A DNA stretch of 64,000 bases from an uncultured Gammaproteobacteria bacterium (GCA_964547855.1 CAZJPG010000002.1:41797-105796); one strand, 5' to 3'; counted from the stretch's first letter, positions 9,811 through 22,331 are shown. Made by a program: numbers and translations. The notes: generated from the letters alone by a model not told the origin.

Positions 9811-10650
9811 ATGGAAATATCACTTTCTCCGGAGATCCTATTCAATGTTTGGGGTTTTCCGGTGACAAATTCGTTTTTATTGATGATGGCCCTATCTGTC
9901 TCCATTGTAGTTTTTTCTTTGGCTATGGGGTCTGGACTTAAGATGGTCCCGTCGAGGATACAGAGTTTGGTAGAGCTTTTATTTGAAGGCGCTTGGGATT
10001 TTGTTTTGGGCGTCGTTGGATCCAAGAAGAAGGCTAAAAAGATATTTCCATACGTTTTTACTATATTCATTTTTGTTCTATCGGCTAATTTGCTAACTCT
10101 TATTCCAGGACAAAATGCCGTTTCTTTAAAGAAGGTCGATGGAGCTGTGCCTTTATTTAGGGCTATTATGGCCGATTATGGCTTAGTGTTCGTGATGACC
10201 ATAGTTTCTGTGATAATGATGCAAATAATCGCTTTGGCGGCCATAGGCCCATTAGGTTACGTCGGTAAATTCATAAACGTTAAGAATCTTGGCTTGTTCT
10301 TTGCCTCTTTGTTCTCTGGCAAGCCAAAGTTTGGTCTCTTGGCACAGGGGTTTTTGGACGTTTTCCTTGGTTTTATGGATATAATAGGCGAGTTAGCTAA
10401 AGTTTTTTCCTTGTCATTCCGTCTTTTTGGTAATGTTTTCGCTGGCGAGGTGCTTGGGGCTGTGATGCTGTTCTTATTGCCATTCTTCGGGCCATTGCCT
10501 TTCTTGTTCTTGGGTTTGTTAAGTTCTTGCGTCCAGGCCTTTGTCTTTGCCGTTTTGACTTTGATATTTGTAAATATGGCTAGCGAGGCTGGTGGCGATA
10601 TCGAGGGCGTCGAGAAGATAGAGGAGGAGTTGAGTGAATCGTTTAGTTAA
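9811..10650 (+). CDS. atpB: ATP synthase Fo subunit a
   Basis: SLSFRLFGNVFAGE and QAFVFAVLT motifs. Confidence 0.97.
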   Translation: MEISLSPEILFNVWGFPVTNSFLLMMALSVSIVVFSLAMGSGLKMVPSRIQSLVELLFEGAWDFVLGVVGSKKKAKKIFPYVFTIFIFVLSANLLTLIPGQNAVSLKKVDGAVPLFRAIMADYGLVFVMTIVSVIMMQIIALAAIGPLGYVGKFINVKNLGLFFASLFSGKPKFGLLAQGFLDVFLGFMDIIGELAKVFSLSFRLFGNVFAGEVLGAVMLFLLPFFGPLPFLFLGLLSSCVQAFVFAVLTLIFVNMASEAGGDIEGVEKIEEELSESFS

Positions 10651-10657
10651 TTAATAA

Positions 10658-10927
<270 letters not shown>

Positions 10928-10997
10928 AAAATAGAGCAACCACCCATTGCCGCCAAAAGCAAGGGGTGGAAACCTTATTTTTTAACTTTTTATCTAT

Positions 10998-11492
10998 ATG
11001 GGTTTGCTGAAAGTCTTGGGCATCGATTGGAGGATATTGCTTGCCCAGTTTATAAATTTTTCCGTCTTGCTGTTCGTCTTGTATAAATTCGCTTACAAGC
11101 CGATGTTTAAGTTTCTAGAGGATAGAAAAAAGAAAATAGAGGACGGCATAGAGAATGCGGTTTTGGCTGAGGAGCGCCTTAAGCAGATAGAGGAGAAAGA
11201 GCGCGAAGTCATGAGGAATGCGAAGAAAGAAGCGGTGGCCATATTGGAGGAGGCTCGTTTAGAAGCGGAGAATAATAAGAAGATAGCCGTCGATAAAGCT
11301 AAGGAAGAGATCGGAAAAATAATAAACCAAGAAAAGGAAGGCATGCGCCGGGAAAAAGCCGAAGTTTTGAAAAGCATTAAAAAGGAAGTAGCTGGCCTGG
11401 TCGCTATTTCATTAGAAAAAATACTTAAGGACGAGGTCAGTTTGGATAAGGATCAAGAGTTCATAAAAAAGGCCTTAAAAAAAGTAGAATAA
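10998..11492 (+). CDS. atpF: ATP synthase Fo subunit b
   Basis: QFINF.VL..L.KFAYKP followed by a charged coiled coil. Confidence 0.96.
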   Translation: MGLLKVLGIDWRILLAQFINFSVLLFVLYKFAYKPMFKFLEDRKKKIEDGIENAVLAEERLKQIEEKEREVMRNAKKEAVAILEEARLEAENNKKIAVDKAKEEIGKIINQEKEGMRREKAEVLKSIKKEVAGLVAISLEKILKDEVSLDKDQEFIKKALKKVE

Positions 11493-11496
11493 ACCC

Positions 11497-11895
11497 ATGA
11501 AGATAAGCGCCAAACAATACGCGAAAGCCCTTTTGGAGTCGGTATTGTCCGCTCCGGACAAGGAGAAGGAGATAATTAAAAGGTTCGCCTCTCTTTTGTT
11601 TAAGAGTGGCAAGTCTTCGATGTTGCCGGCGATAGTAGAGCATTTTGAGCTTTTATGGAATGAACACCACAACATATCGGATGTGGAGATAATATCCGCC
11701 CGCCAATTGTCCGATGAAGTTTACAAAATGCTGGAAAAGAAAGCGGCTGTTATGGCTGGAGTCGATAAGATAGAAGCAAAAAAAACCTTGGATCCAAAGA
11801 TCTTAGGGGGTGCAGTGCTTCGTTATCAGGATAAAGTTCTTGATATGAGCCTGTACACAAAATTTGAACACTTAAAAGATACATTAAAAGGTTAA
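11497..11895 (+). CDS. atpH: ATP synthase F1 delta (short form)
   Basis: YAKAL and DPKILGG...DMS motifs; operon position. Confidence 0.92.
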   Translation: MKISAKQYAKALLESVLSAPDKEKEIIKRFASLLFKSGKSSMLPAIVEHFELLWNEHHNISDVEIISARQLSDEVYKMLEKKAAVMAGVDKIEAKKTLDPKILGGAVLRYQDKVLDMSLYTKFEHLKDTLKG

Positions 11896-11905
11896 GTTCA
11901 ATAAT

Positions 11906-13441
11906 ATGTCCAACACTAAGGATTTCATCATTGAGGAGTTAAAAAAGGAGATAAACGATTTTAAGTCGGATGTCAAAGAGAAGACCTTCGGTAGGGTGCG
12001 AGAGGTCGGTGACGGAATTGCCAGACTTTCCGGTCTTTCCGACGTGATGATGTCGGAAATGCTTGAGTTTAAAACCTCTGCAGGTTTGCGTTATGGAGTG
12101 GCTTTGAATCTTGATGAGGATAGCGTTGGTGCCATTATTCTTGATGATCATCTCTCCATAAAAGAAGGTGACGAGGTTTGCAGTACTGGAAAAATATTGG
12201 AAGTGCCAGTGTCTGATAGTATAATCGGTAGAGTTCTTAATCCACTTGGCCGCTCTTTGGATGGAGGCGAAGAGATCAAGGCCGATAAATATTATCCAGT
12301 GGAAAAAGTCGCCCCTGGAGTCATTACTCGTGAGTCGGTTAAAAAACCTCTGCAGACCGGAATTAAGGCTGTCGATGCGATGATTCCAATCGGACGCGGT
12401 CAGCGCGAATTAATCATTGGCGACCGTCAGATCGGTAAGACTGCTATAGCCATTGACACCATCATTAATCAGAAGAGTGAGAATGTTAAATGTATCTATG
12501 TCGCTGTCGGACAAAAGGAATCTAAGATCGCCAATATAGTGGCAAAGTTGAAGGATGCTGGCGCTATGGAATATACGACCGTCGTAGCGGCCGGAGCCTC
12601 AGATCCAGCTTCCTTGCTTTACATAGCCCCTTATGCCGGTTGTGCTATGGCTGAATATTTTCTAGATAAAGGAGAGGATGTTCTTATAGTTTATGATGAC
12701 CTCTCTAAGCATGCCGCGGCCTATCGCGAGATATCTTTGCTTTTAAGAAGACCCCCTGGTCGTGAAGCCTATCCTGGTGACGTTTTTTATTTGCACTCTC
12801 GTTTGTTGGAGCGCGCTTGTAAATTGAATAAGGATTTTGGAGGTGGATCGATTACTGCTTTGCCTATAATCGAAACTCAGGCTGGAGACGTGTCCGCCTA
12901 TATTCCAACCAACGTCATCTCTATTACCGATGGTCAGATATATCTGGAGCCAGATTTGTTCTATCAGGGAAATCGCCCAGCTATCAATGCCGGCATTTCA
13001 GTGTCTCGTGTAGGATCGTCTGCTCAGATCAAGGCCATGAAGAAAGTCGCTGGTAAAATGCGTTTAGAGGTCGCTCAATTCCGTGAGTTGGCGGCTTTTG
13101 CTCAGTTCAGCTCCGATCTTGATCAGGAAACGAAGAAAAAATTAGAAAGAGGCAAGAGAATAGTCGAGGTTTTGAAACAAGTTCAGTATGTGCCGATGTC
13201 AGTGGATAAGCAGGTCGCCGTCTTCTTTGCCGTAACCTCTGGATTGATGGATGATGTCCCGCAGGAAAAGATAGGCGAATTCGAGGCCGGCATGTTGTCA
13301 TATATCGAGAATAAGTCATCGGATATCCTTGAAAAGATAAAACAAACTTCAGAACTGGATGAGTCCGCACAAGAGGAATTAAAGAAGACTATAAACGATT
13401 TTAAGGACACCGTAGATTATTTAGAAAGCGGTTTAGCTTAG
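11906..13441 (+). CDS. atpA: ATP synthase F1 alpha
   Basis: GDRQIGKT and [21 protein letters not shown]. Confidence 0.99.
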   Translation: MSNTKDFIIEELKKEINDFKSDVKEKTFGRVREVGDGIARLSGLSDVMMSEMLEFKTSAGLRYGVALNLDEDSVGAIILDDHLSIKEGDEVCSTGKILEVPVSDSIIGRVLNPLGRSLDGGEEIKADKYYPVEKVAPGVITRESVKKPLQTGIKAVDAMIPIGRGQRELIIGDRQIGKTAIAIDTIINQKSENVKCIYVAVGQKESKIANIVAKLKDAGAMEYTTVVAAGASDPASLLYIAPYAGCAMAEYFLDKGEDVLIVYDDLSKHAAAYREISLLLRRPPGREAYPGDVFYLHSRLLERACKLNKDFGGGSITALPIIETQAGDVSAYIPTNVISITDGQIYLEPDLFYQGNRPAINAGISVSRVGSSAQIKAMKKVAGKMRLEVAQFRELAAFAQFSSDLDQETKKKLERGKRIVEVLKQVQYVPMSVDKQVAVFFAVTSGLMDDVPQEKIGEFEAGMLSYIENKSSDILEKIKQTSELDESAQEELKKTINDFKDTVDYLESGLA

Positions 13442-13482
13442 GTTGTCAAAGAAAGATTTTAAAATGATAACCGTCAATTTAA

Positions 13483-14481
13483 ATGCCAAGCGCTAAAGAA
13501 ATACAACGCCGAATAAAATCGGTGAAAAATATAAAGAAGATCACCAAAGCCATGGAAATGGTGGCGGCGGCCAAGATGCGTAAGACCATCGAGGCAGTTT
13601 TGCGCACCCGTACTTATGCCAATTTGGGTTGGATGACGCTTTTGAATATCTCTGCCTCTGCCGGAGCCGGAAGACATCTTCATCCATTTTTGGATAAAAG
13701 ATCAGAAGTTAAACGTGAAGCTATAATCTTAATATCCTCAAATCGCGGTCTGTGCAGTAATTTTAACTCCGCCATTATAAATAAGGCCGTTAGGTCTATA
13801 TTGAAACATGGGTATGAAGAGCGACGCTTGACCGAGAGAGTCGTTCAGGAATTCGGTCGTGACGTCGATTTCATAGTTGTGGGTAGAAAAGGTTTGGCAG
13901 TAAAGGCTCGTTACGGATTGCCAGTCGTGGCTGATTTCCCTAAGCAGGACGTAGCTTTCGAGGTTAAGGAGATAATACCAGTGGCTAAATTAGTCATAAA
14001 TGATTATTTAGCCGGGAAATATGACAAAGTCATGGTCGCCTATACAGACTTCGTCAATGCCTCGAAACAAGTCCCTCGCGTCAAACAGTTGTTGCCAATA
14101 GATCTGTCGTCAAAAGATGAACACTTGGGCGTCGTTGGTCTTGATTCAAGGGTTGGTTCTGATAAAGAGTTCATCAAGAAAAAAGAAGAGAAATATCTTT
14201 CAAGATCATCCGATACGCCATACACTTTTACCTTTGAACCGGATCAGGAGACTATACTTAAAGAAATAGTGCCGCGCTTAATAGAAGTTCAGCTGTTTCA
14301 GGCTTTATTGGAGTCGAACGCTTCGGAGCACAGCGCTAGAATGTCGGCTATGAAGAAGGCCTCCGATGCCGCCGAAGACATAAGTTCCGAATTGACTTTG
14401 TTTTACAACAAGGCTCGTCAAGCCGGTATAACCAATGAGATCTCGGAGATCGTGGCAGGGGTCAATGCTTTAAGCAACTAA
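13483..14481 (+). CDS. atpG: ATP synthase F1 gamma
   Basis: KITKAMEMVAAAK, NRGLC, NKARQAGITNEISEIV. Confidence 0.99.
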   Translation: MPSAKEIQRRIKSVKNIKKITKAMEMVAAAKMRKTIEAVLRTRTYANLGWMTLLNISASAGAGRHLHPFLDKRSEVKREAIILISSNRGLCSNFNSAIINKAVRSILKHGYEERRLTERVVQEFGRDVDFIVVGRKGLAVKARYGLPVVADFPKQDVAFEVKEIIPVAKLVINDYLAGKYDKVMVAYTDFVNASKQVPRVKQLLPIDLSSKDEHLGVVGLDSRVGSDKEFIKKKEEKYLSRSSDTPYTFTFEPDQETILKEIVPRLIEVQLFQALLESNASEHSARMSAMKKASDAAEDISSELTLFYNKARQAGITNEISEIVAGVNALSN

Positions 14482-14508
14482 AATTAAATAATAAGAATTA
14501 AGAATTAA

Positions 14509-15915
<1,407 letters not shown>

Positions 15916-15937
15916 GCAGCGAATAAAATTATAATTT

Positions 15938-16369
15938 ATGTCTAAAACCATTAACTTCGAAATAGTCACTCCAGAGAAAGAGGTGTTAAAGGAGGAAGTG
16001 ACTGAAGTTACCATACCTACTTCCGAGGGTGAGATAACGGTTCTACCTAATCACGTGCCGCTGATTTCGTTTTTGAAATCCGGAGTCATAATCATGCGCA
16101 AAAGCGATGGTGGTCGGGATGTGGCTTTCGTGTCCGGAGGTTTTGTCGAGGTCTTAAAGAATAAAGTCGTCATTTTAGCCGACGTTGCCGATCGAGCCGA
16201 GGACTTAGATGAAACTAAAGTAGAAGAAGCTAGAAGAAGGGCAGAAGAGGATATGAAGAATGTTCGCCACGAAGATGCGGAAGAATTCGCTCAAGTCAGG
16301 GCTCAATTGGATAGGGCGCTGGCAAGGGGTAAAGCGGTCAAGAAGTGGCGCAATATTAGGGCTTATTAA
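15938..16369 (+). CDS. atpC: ATP synthase F1 epsilon
   Basis: EIVTPE, GEITVLPNHVP, VSGGFVEV. Confidence 0.98.
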   Translation: MSKTINFEIVTPEKEVLKEEVTEVTIPTSEGEITVLPNHVPLISFLKSGVIIMRKSDGGRDVAFVSGGFVEVLKNKVVILADVADRAEDLDETKVEEARRRAEEDMKNVRHEDAEEFAQVRAQLDRALARGKAVKKWRNIRAY

Positions 16370-16382
16370 TAGTTTGATAAGA

Positions 16383-16412
16383 TCGAGGCTTGATCAAGGC
16401 CTCGATTTTTTT
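16383..16412 (+). terminator. Terminator of the atp operon
   Basis: tcgaggc...gcctcga followed by a T run. Confidence 0.75.
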
Positions 16413-16430
16413 ATTGTCAAAAGGTTATTA

Positions 16431-16459
16431 TTGACAAAAAATGAAAAATATGCTATCAT
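16431..16459 (+). promoter_or_regulatory. Sigma70 promoter with extended -10
   Basis: TTGACA-17 nt-TATCAT with TG; nearly the same -10 region recurs at 25681..25709. Confidence 0.75.
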
Positions 16460-16508
16460 ATCAAAATATCTAAAAAATCTCATATTTTGGGAATAACAAG
16501 GAGTTTTT

Positions 16509-17336
16509 ATGAATATCCATCAGTATTTCAATCTGATAGCCAAAAAGAAGCAGACTATCGTCATTATCATGTCGATATTCTTGTCTGTGGCTATCCTGGC
16601 TTCGGCCGTTCAACCGTTTAAATACGGTTCTTCGCTCAAGCTTTTGACTATCAACACGTTCAAGGACACTGACCCTTATACGGTCTCTCGTTCCAATGAA
16701 TATTTGAGCAATCTTTTGTCTCAAATCGTTTCTTCCAACTCATTCTTCGAGAAGGTCAAGACTTCCAATTCTGGGATCGACACCTCGTATTTTAAGGGTG
16801 ATAGTCAGAAACAGATGAAGAGATGGAATAAGACGGTTAAGGCCAAGGCCTTGGGAGATACAGGTATGATAACTATAGATATCTATCACACCGATCCATC
16901 GCAGGCCACTGAAATCGCCCGCTCTGTAGCTTATGTTTTGCAGACCGATCACGCTCAATATCATGGTTTTGGCGACAAGGTTCAGATCAAGATCATTGAC
17001 GAGCCAATAACTTCTAAATTCCCTGTTCAGCCTAACGTGCCTATGAATTTAGGCTTGGCTGTTATATTTGGCTTGCTCTTCTCTTTGGGTTATATTTACA
17101 TTTTCCCTGAAGAGAGGTATGATCTTAGGCTTTCTGGTTCAAGATCTGCGGCCAGGGTCAAGAAAGATGATGTCGTGACGAGCGAATCTGCTGCCATTGC
17201 CGAAAGTGTTTATCCGGAGATATATCAAAATGATGATTATGCCAAGAACTATAACCTAGCTTTAGCTGAGGCTGAGGCGGAGGATGGCGGTGATTTCGAG
17301 GAGAACGGAGACATGAGTAATGTCTTAGTTAGGTAA
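16509..17336 (+). CDS. Wzz/CapA-like polysaccharide co-polymerase (chain-length determinant)
   Basis: Two TM segments; P.Y.S after TM1; proline-rich PVQPNVPMN before TM2. Confidence 0.85.
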   Translation: MNIHQYFNLIAKKKQTIVIIMSIFLSVAILASAVQPFKYGSSLKLLTINTFKDTDPYTVSRSNEYLSNLLSQIVSSNSFFEKVKTSNSGIDTSYFKGDSQKQMKRWNKTVKAKALGDTGMITIDIYHTDPSQATEIARSVAYVLQTDHAQYHGFGDKVQIKIIDEPITSKFPVQPNVPMNLGLAVIFGLLFSLGYIYIFPEERYDLRLSGSRSAARVKKDDVVTSESAAIAESVYPEIYQNDDYAKNYNLALAEAEAEDGGDFEENGDMSNVLVR

Positions 17337-17475
17337 ATTTTTTTGGATTTTGACATAAAGAGGGTGATTTTCACCCTCTTAAGCCAAGACCTAAAAATTA
17401 AAGGTTTTTGGAAAAGGAATGTCCTTTAAATAAGAATCACTGAAAAAAATCAACCAAAAAAAAAGGAGGCTTCAC

Positions 17476-19221
17476 ATGAAGCGCTTTACGTATTTTTTCA
17501 TCATTGTTGTTGCAGCCCTGGTGTCAAACACTGATGCCAATATTTTTAAAGACATCATCGACGCTGTCGCCCCTCGCAAAGAAGTTCCGAAAGCAGAGGA
17601 GCAGCCGCGTTGCACCAATGACATTGGCAAGTCCGACATCACTACGGTGGTGCCGAGCAAGCCTGAACAGGGGAAGAGTTATCTCGTTCCCTTCGACAAA
17701 AATGTCGCCGACATCATCAGTGAGAGCGGCGCTCTCTGTAAAGGAGAACGCATTCCACTGACGTATTTCAACCGGATCAACGATCTGCCTAAGCTCACTA
17801 CGGTGATCAAGGGCGGACAGACTGTTTGGATCCCGACTTGTCAGCAGGTCGATTCTTTGCGCAAAGCCATCGCGGCGGAGAGCAAGAGTTCTACTTCGAA
17901 GACGAGCAAAAAAAGCACGACCGTTAATTCCGATGCAACCTATGTTGCCAAGGAAGATATAAGCGGGCCGTGGCGTTGGAAAAAAGTCGGTGGCGATCGG
18001 TTTGGTGATCGTGATGTATATCGAGCACTTCGTCTGATGGGTTTCGAACCCGATGTCATTCAGGAGCTCGAGAGAATGATCGCGGCCAATGATTACGATG
18101 AGGGCGCCATATACAATGGTGATACCTTGGAGCAGATGGTCAGCGGTGAATTCGAGATCAAAGGCAAAAATGGGCGCAAAGTCCTTTGTGATTGGCAGGA
18201 TGGACGAACCTATTTGTCGGCAAGGCTTTACAGAATAGAGATGGATAATGGCTATACATTGGTCATAATTCGTCCCGACATCTGTTATAACTGGTGCTAC
18301 AAGTGGGAAAAGACGCCTGTTAAGATCGAAACGCCTCCATTGGATACAATCCCATTGGATACAACCCCCGTGGTGACCGATTCTGTGCCGGAATTTTGGC
18401 CCGATGAGCCCGATGAGCCGCCCTTGGATAAAGAGCCGGATCTTTGCGGTATCAAAGCCAATCCGCGTTTAAGCACGTGGGCATTGCATGATTTTCCTAG
18501 CTACGGTCCTTTTAGAAGGCATGGCGCAGGAAGTTATGGCATCGATGTTGATGTGCTGTTTTACAACACTTGCACTGAGCACGATACCAAGTTCGGATTC
18601 ACTGCTATGGTCGACGGTTGGGACGGAGAAAGCCGTGCCGGTTTTAATTATTACGGCTTCGAAGGCTATGCCGGACCAATGATGATCCTGACTCTTAACA
18701 AGTTCCCGGGTGTCTATTGGGGACTTGATGCTGGGCCTGGAATGCAGTTTGATTGGGGCAAAGGAGGGGATGATTATCCCTACAAGTCTTATCAAACGAA
18801 ATTTTTCGCTCGGCTTGGGAGTTCTCTGGATTTTCTCTGGTCAGATTTTCATCTGTCCATGTGGGCCAGTGGAAAGTTCTCTTTCGCCGATGGAAAAGAG
18901 TCATCTCTGAATGGCGTGCAGTATGGCACCGGTGTTTTGGCCGATGAAGTTGATTTGCCGAACAAAGGGCATGGTGTGGATGGTGGAATGAGAGCTTATT
19001 TCTTCCGTCGAAGCGCTGTTAGTCCGTTTATTGTTTGGCGCGAGTCATGGGCTTATGACGACGGGGCTATTTCCACAACGGTTGGAGCTGGCGCTCGTTT
19101 CGGCGAGCATTTGGTCATCGAAACTTCATGGAAGAATCGTGATCATTCCAAATATGGTTCCGATGCTGAAGGTAATTCCTTTGAATTGCTGATCAGCGGA
19201 CTCTGGGGACATTACAGATAA
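17476..19221 (+). CDS. Secreted orphan protein with LysM-like N-terminal motif and aromatic, barrel-like C-terminal half
   Basis: AAGGAGG SD, signal peptide, RINDL....VIKGGQTVWIP, Pro/Asp linker, alternating aromatic/Gly strands. Confidence 0.7.
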   Translation: MKRFTYFFIIVVAALVSNTDANIFKDIIDAVAPRKEVPKAEEQPRCTNDIGKSDITTVVPSKPEQGKSYLVPFDKNVADIISESGALCKGERIPLTYFNRINDLPKLTTVIKGGQTVWIPTCQQVDSLRKAIAAESKSSTSKTSKKSTTVNSDATYVAKEDISGPWRWKKVGGDRFGDRDVYRALRLMGFEPDVIQELERMIAANDYDEGAIYNGDTLEQMVSGEFEIKGKNGRKVLCDWQDGRTYLSARLYRIEMDNGYTLVIIRPDICYNWCYKWEKTPVKIETPPLDTIPLDTTPVVTDSVPEFWPDEPDEPPLDKEPDLCGIKANPRLSTWALHDFPSYGPFRRHGAGSYGIDVDVLFYNTCTEHDTKFGFTAMVDGWDGESRAGFNYYGFEGYAGPMMILTLNKFPGVYWGLDAGPGMQFDWGKGGDDYPYKSYQTKFFARLGSSLDFLWSDFHLSMWASGKFSFADGKESSLNGVQYGTGVLADEVDLPNKGHGVDGGMRAYFFRRSAVSPFIVWRESWAYDDGAISTTVGAGARFGEHLVIETSWKNRDHSKYGSDAEGNSFELLISGLWGHYR

Positions 19222-19230
19222 GGAGGATGT

Positions 19231-19629
19231 ATGAGGGTGGTGTTTGTCCTTTTGCTGGCATTCGTTATGTCCTTCGGACAGACGGCTAAGCGGAGCGACA
19301 TTACGACGCTCTGTGGTCCGACTTCCGATTCGACGGTCATTTGGTTGTCTGCGGCTATCTGTGAAGTAGCTTTCGGCAAGGAAGCTGTGGAACAAGCCAA
19401 AGCCAAAGGTGATCTTAACTTTAAGCATAATCGAGGTAAAAGAACTTTGTTCACTTATGACAAAGAAAGAAATTATTTCTTGGTCAGAATGAATTTTTTC
19501 TCCGACACCCTGTCGGACACCTCGAGCATCGCCAAAGTCATCGATTCGACGAAAGTCGAGAAAGTTAAGAAAGTTGAGGACGAATTAGTCTGGGATCCTG
19601 TGGCCAAGAAATTGGTCGAGGTTCACTGA
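19231..19629 (+). CDS. Secreted hypothetical protein
   Basis: AGGAGG SD, signal peptide; 9 nt after the upstream gene, so probably co-transcribed. Confidence 0.75.
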   Translation: MRVVFVLLLAFVMSFGQTAKRSDITTLCGPTSDSTVIWLSAAICEVAFGKEAVEQAKAKGDLNFKHNRGKRTLFTYDKERNYFLVRMNFFSDTLSDTSSIAKVIDSTKVEKVKKVEDELVWDPVAKKLVEVH

Positions 19630-19646
19630 CTTTCAGTGATTTATCA

Positions 19647-19690
19647 AGGTGCCAATAATGAGATAAAACTCATTATTGGCACCCTTTTTT
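19647..19690 (+). terminator. Intrinsic terminator
   Basis: ggtgccaataatgag / ctcattattggcacc followed by a T run. Confidence 0.85.
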
Positions 19691-19931
19691 CCGAAATCTT
19701 CAGTAGTAAGGACTGGAGCTTTCAGAGAAGGGAATTGACAAAAGTCAAAATATGTGCTAAGTTGCTATTTGTTAAATACGAAAAGAAGTTGGGTGATTCG
19801 AAGATAGGAGTGGAAATAAGCTTATTTTCAAGTCACGCACCTTTTTAGCTCATTTTAAAAAAAGAAAGACGGGCTGGTGTAAAACAGTAAAATGAAAAAC
19901 AAACAAACCACAAACAACTAAGGAGGTTTTC

Positions 19932-20375
19932 ATGAAAATTCTCGCAGCAGTTGCCTTTCTCGCAGTCTCCGTTTCCGCGGAATACTACACCACGGCCTCG
20001 ATCACCAAACAGGCCGACGGTACCTACCAGATCGTATTTCCGATCAATGACTGGCAGGCAAACCCCGCGGCTGCGGCCAAGGATCTGGCCAACAAGACCG
20101 TTACCTTCGGCAAAGACGTGACCGTCTGTGCGACCCTGTACTCCGGAACCAAAAAGATCAAACAGGGTAATCACATGCTGGTTACCGTCACAAACTGGAC
20201 CAAGTACCAGGCCGTAGGAACTCTCTATGTTCCCGATGGTGTCAATGTGACCAAGGTTCTTGTCTGGTGCAGTGCTCCGGCCGGTGAAGCAAAAGCCACC
20301 AACGGCTGTATGCTGCTCAACCCCAAGGATCCGTCCTATACGCCCGAAGGGTACGTCCTCAAAGTCCAGGGCTAA
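19932..20375 (+). CDS. Secreted hypothetical protein
   Basis: AAGGAGG SD, signal peptide ending VSA, own promoter (TTGACA at 19735) and terminator. Confidence 0.8.
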   Translation: MKILAAVAFLAVSVSAEYYTTASITKQADGTYQIVFPINDWQANPAAAAKDLANKTVTFGKDVTVCATLYSGTKKIKQGNHMLVTVTNWTKYQAVGTLYVPDGVNVTKVLVWCSAPAGEAKATNGCMLLNPKDPSYTPEGYVLKVQG

Positions 20376-20399
20376 GGTGCAAACCGTCTTTCTAATGTC

Positions 20400-20438
20400 A
20401 TCCCCTCGAATACGCAAGTATTCGAGGGGTATTTTTTT
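20400..20438 (+). terminator. Intrinsic terminator
   Basis: cccctcgaatac-gcaa-gtattcgagggg followed by a T run. Confidence 0.85.
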
Positions 20439-20505
20439 AATAAATAGTAAATGGCATGTTGATTTTTATCTTATTAGAATATTGGAAAATTAAATATATT
20501 GGTAA

Positions 20506-20645
20506 AGTCTTGAGTAATTGCTTTTTAAAAGCTTTTTTCGAGGATTTTGCTTGGTCCGCCTTGGGCGGAAAATCCGAGAAAAACAGAGCGAGATTTTTCG
20601 CTGGAAAAAAATCGAGCGTCTTTTAAAAAGCAATTGATCGAGACT
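20506..20645 (+). repeat. Structured intergenic element, copy A
   Basis: Long outer stem enclosing a core shared with 22150..22287 and 24172..24309 (ccgccttgggcgg, gagaaaaacagagcga, cgctgga, gagcgtctttt). Confidence 0.9.
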
Positions 20646-20782
20646 GTTCTCATTAAAGATAGAAAAAAATAATAACTAGCAACATTTTAGCTCTTGCTCT
20701 ATCTTTTCCTTTATGCATAATACATTATACTTTATACAAAAACCGGTCTGTTAAACCGGATTTTTTTATTCACGACTTCTAG

Positions 20783-22123
20783 TTAACTCTTGAGTAGTCT
20801 TCTTTGGACTGTCATTAGCCCGCCATAGAGCGCCCAAGTGGCCCATTGCAGGGCAGTATTGGCCAGTATATTATCGCCTAAAGCTATTAAGGAGAATGCT
20901 ATGAACATTATTAGGCAAACGAAAGATAATGATTTTAAGCGCGGGCGATTTTCTAGTCTGTATATGGTGAACAATTTTTTGAACAGTGCCAAAGTTAATA
21001 TTAGAAAGACGCCGAGCGAGATCAAGCCACCCTCTAATGTGACCCTTAGATAGTCATCGTGCGCATCGGACGAGCCGGCGTCTGGTCCGCGTTTCTTTAA
21101 TATTAATTCCTTTGATGTGCCAGCTCCATAACCTAAAATAGGTCTTTGGGCAGCATAAGAAAGGCTATCCTTCCACAGCCCAATACGCCAATTTATCGAA
21201 CTTCCTGGGTCGCGCGAAGTAAAAGCCGATATTCTTTGATTGATCGTCTCAATGGAGAAATAGCTAAGGGATAGCAATATCAACGAAATTACGAGAAAGA
21301 CACGATAACGAGTTATGCCGAGTAGGACAACGACCAGCAGAAGCCCAAGCCAGGCGCTGCGGGTGTAGGTGAATCCCAGAGTGACAAGATACATGGCAGC
21401 TAAAATTCCATACGACAGTATCGAGACTTTGCTTTTATTGCTGGCCAAAAACACCAAAAAGCATAAAGTTAGGACCAACAAGAGATAAAAGGCTAATAAA
21501 TTTGGATGGGCGAAAGTACCATAGACTCTGTTATATACGCCCTCCAAAGGTATCGTTAGGCCGGTATGAGTGAAATATTGCCAAATGGCCAACGACGACG
21601 GTATTAGGGCAGAGATGACGAGCGTTTTTATTAGGTTGGCTAAATCTTTGGCATCGGTAATAAGCAATGAAGATGCTATGAAGATCATTAGTATGCTCAA
21701 GAGTCGAGCCAATTCCGTTACGCTGTCGGCCATATTCATCGATATGGGGATAGTTGCGGCCATGGACAAGATGAATAGTATCCATGGTGGCAGCAATTGT
21801 ATCTTGTCGACGTTGGCTAGGTTTTTTATTATGACCAAAAGCGAGAAAGTCATGGTCATGACAGCGAAAGTTCCGGCTAGGTTTATGGATGCGCCCAAGA
21901 TGTTAAAGTTGAGGTTGGTAAAGTAGTCCAGACAAGGTCTTACCAATAATATCAATAGTAATCCAGCCTTTGGTTTCATGAAGGCGACAAGGAAAACACA
22001 ATAAAATATCGCCGCGGCTGCGGAGAGGGTGAAATTTTCTCCAAAAAGTAGTAGAATGGAAAGTAGGAGTATCGATGGCAGAAGAAGCAGTAAAAATAAT
22101 TTTTGATTTTTTTGTTTTTCCAT
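20783..22123 (-). CDS. O-antigen ligase / Wzy-like polymerase (start moved to MEKQK)
   Basis: Many TM segments; GTFAHPN, TYTRSAW, S..WR..LW, PILGYG.G and DAHDDY motifs. Confidence 0.9.
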   Translation of the reverse strand: MEKQKNQKLFLLLLLPSILLLSILLLFGENFTLSAAAAIFYCVFLVAFMKPKAGLLLILLVRPCLDYFTNLNFNILGASINLAGTFAVMTMTFSLLVIIKNLANVDKIQLLPPWILFILSMAATIPISMNMADSVTELARLLSILMIFIASSLLITDAKDLANLIKTLVISALIPSSLAIWQYFTHTGLTIPLEGVYNRVYGTFAHPNLLAFYLLLVLTLCFLVFLASNKSKVSILSYGILAAMYLVTLGFTYTRSAWLGLLLVVVLLGITRYRVFLVISLILLSLSYFSIETINQRISAFTSRDPGSSINWRIGLWKDSLSYAAQRPILGYGAGTSKELILKKRGPDAGSSDAHDDYLRVTLEGGLISLGVFLILTLALFKKLFTIYRLENRPRLKSLSFVCLIMFIAFSLIALGDNILANTALQWATWALYGGLMTVQRRLLKS

Positions 22124-22149
22124 CGTTGATATCGAAAATATCGAAACAT

Positions 22150-22287
22150 TTTTTAGACATTCGTTTTTCAAAAGCTTTTTTCGAAGAATTTGCTCGGTCC
22201 GCCTTGGGCGGAAATTCCGAGAAAAACAGAGCGATGTCGAGCCGCTGGAGTGAGACGAGCGTCTTTTGAAAGGCGAATGGATAAAAA
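22150..22287 (+). repeat. Structured intergenic element, copy B
   Basis: Outer stem cattcgtttttcaaaag / cttttgaaaggcgaatg around the shared core. Confidence 0.9.
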
Positions 22288-22331
22288 CGGCCTAGTGCTT
22301 TCGTTTATATAGTTAATTTTCCCATATCCCA

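Noticed and set aside
19735-19748. TTGAC-N4-GTCAA as a CRP/FNR-family operator
   Set aside because: Single occurrence overlapping a -35 box; the similar site at 57290 has different spacing, and no such regulator is in the window.
22124-22171. N-terminal extension of the ligase ORF to 22171 (and similar extensions of the ferredoxins, atpE, mraZ, ybaB and 57264)
   Set aside because: The extensions run into repeat elements, promoters or leader regions; downstream ATGs fit family lengths or paralog starts better.
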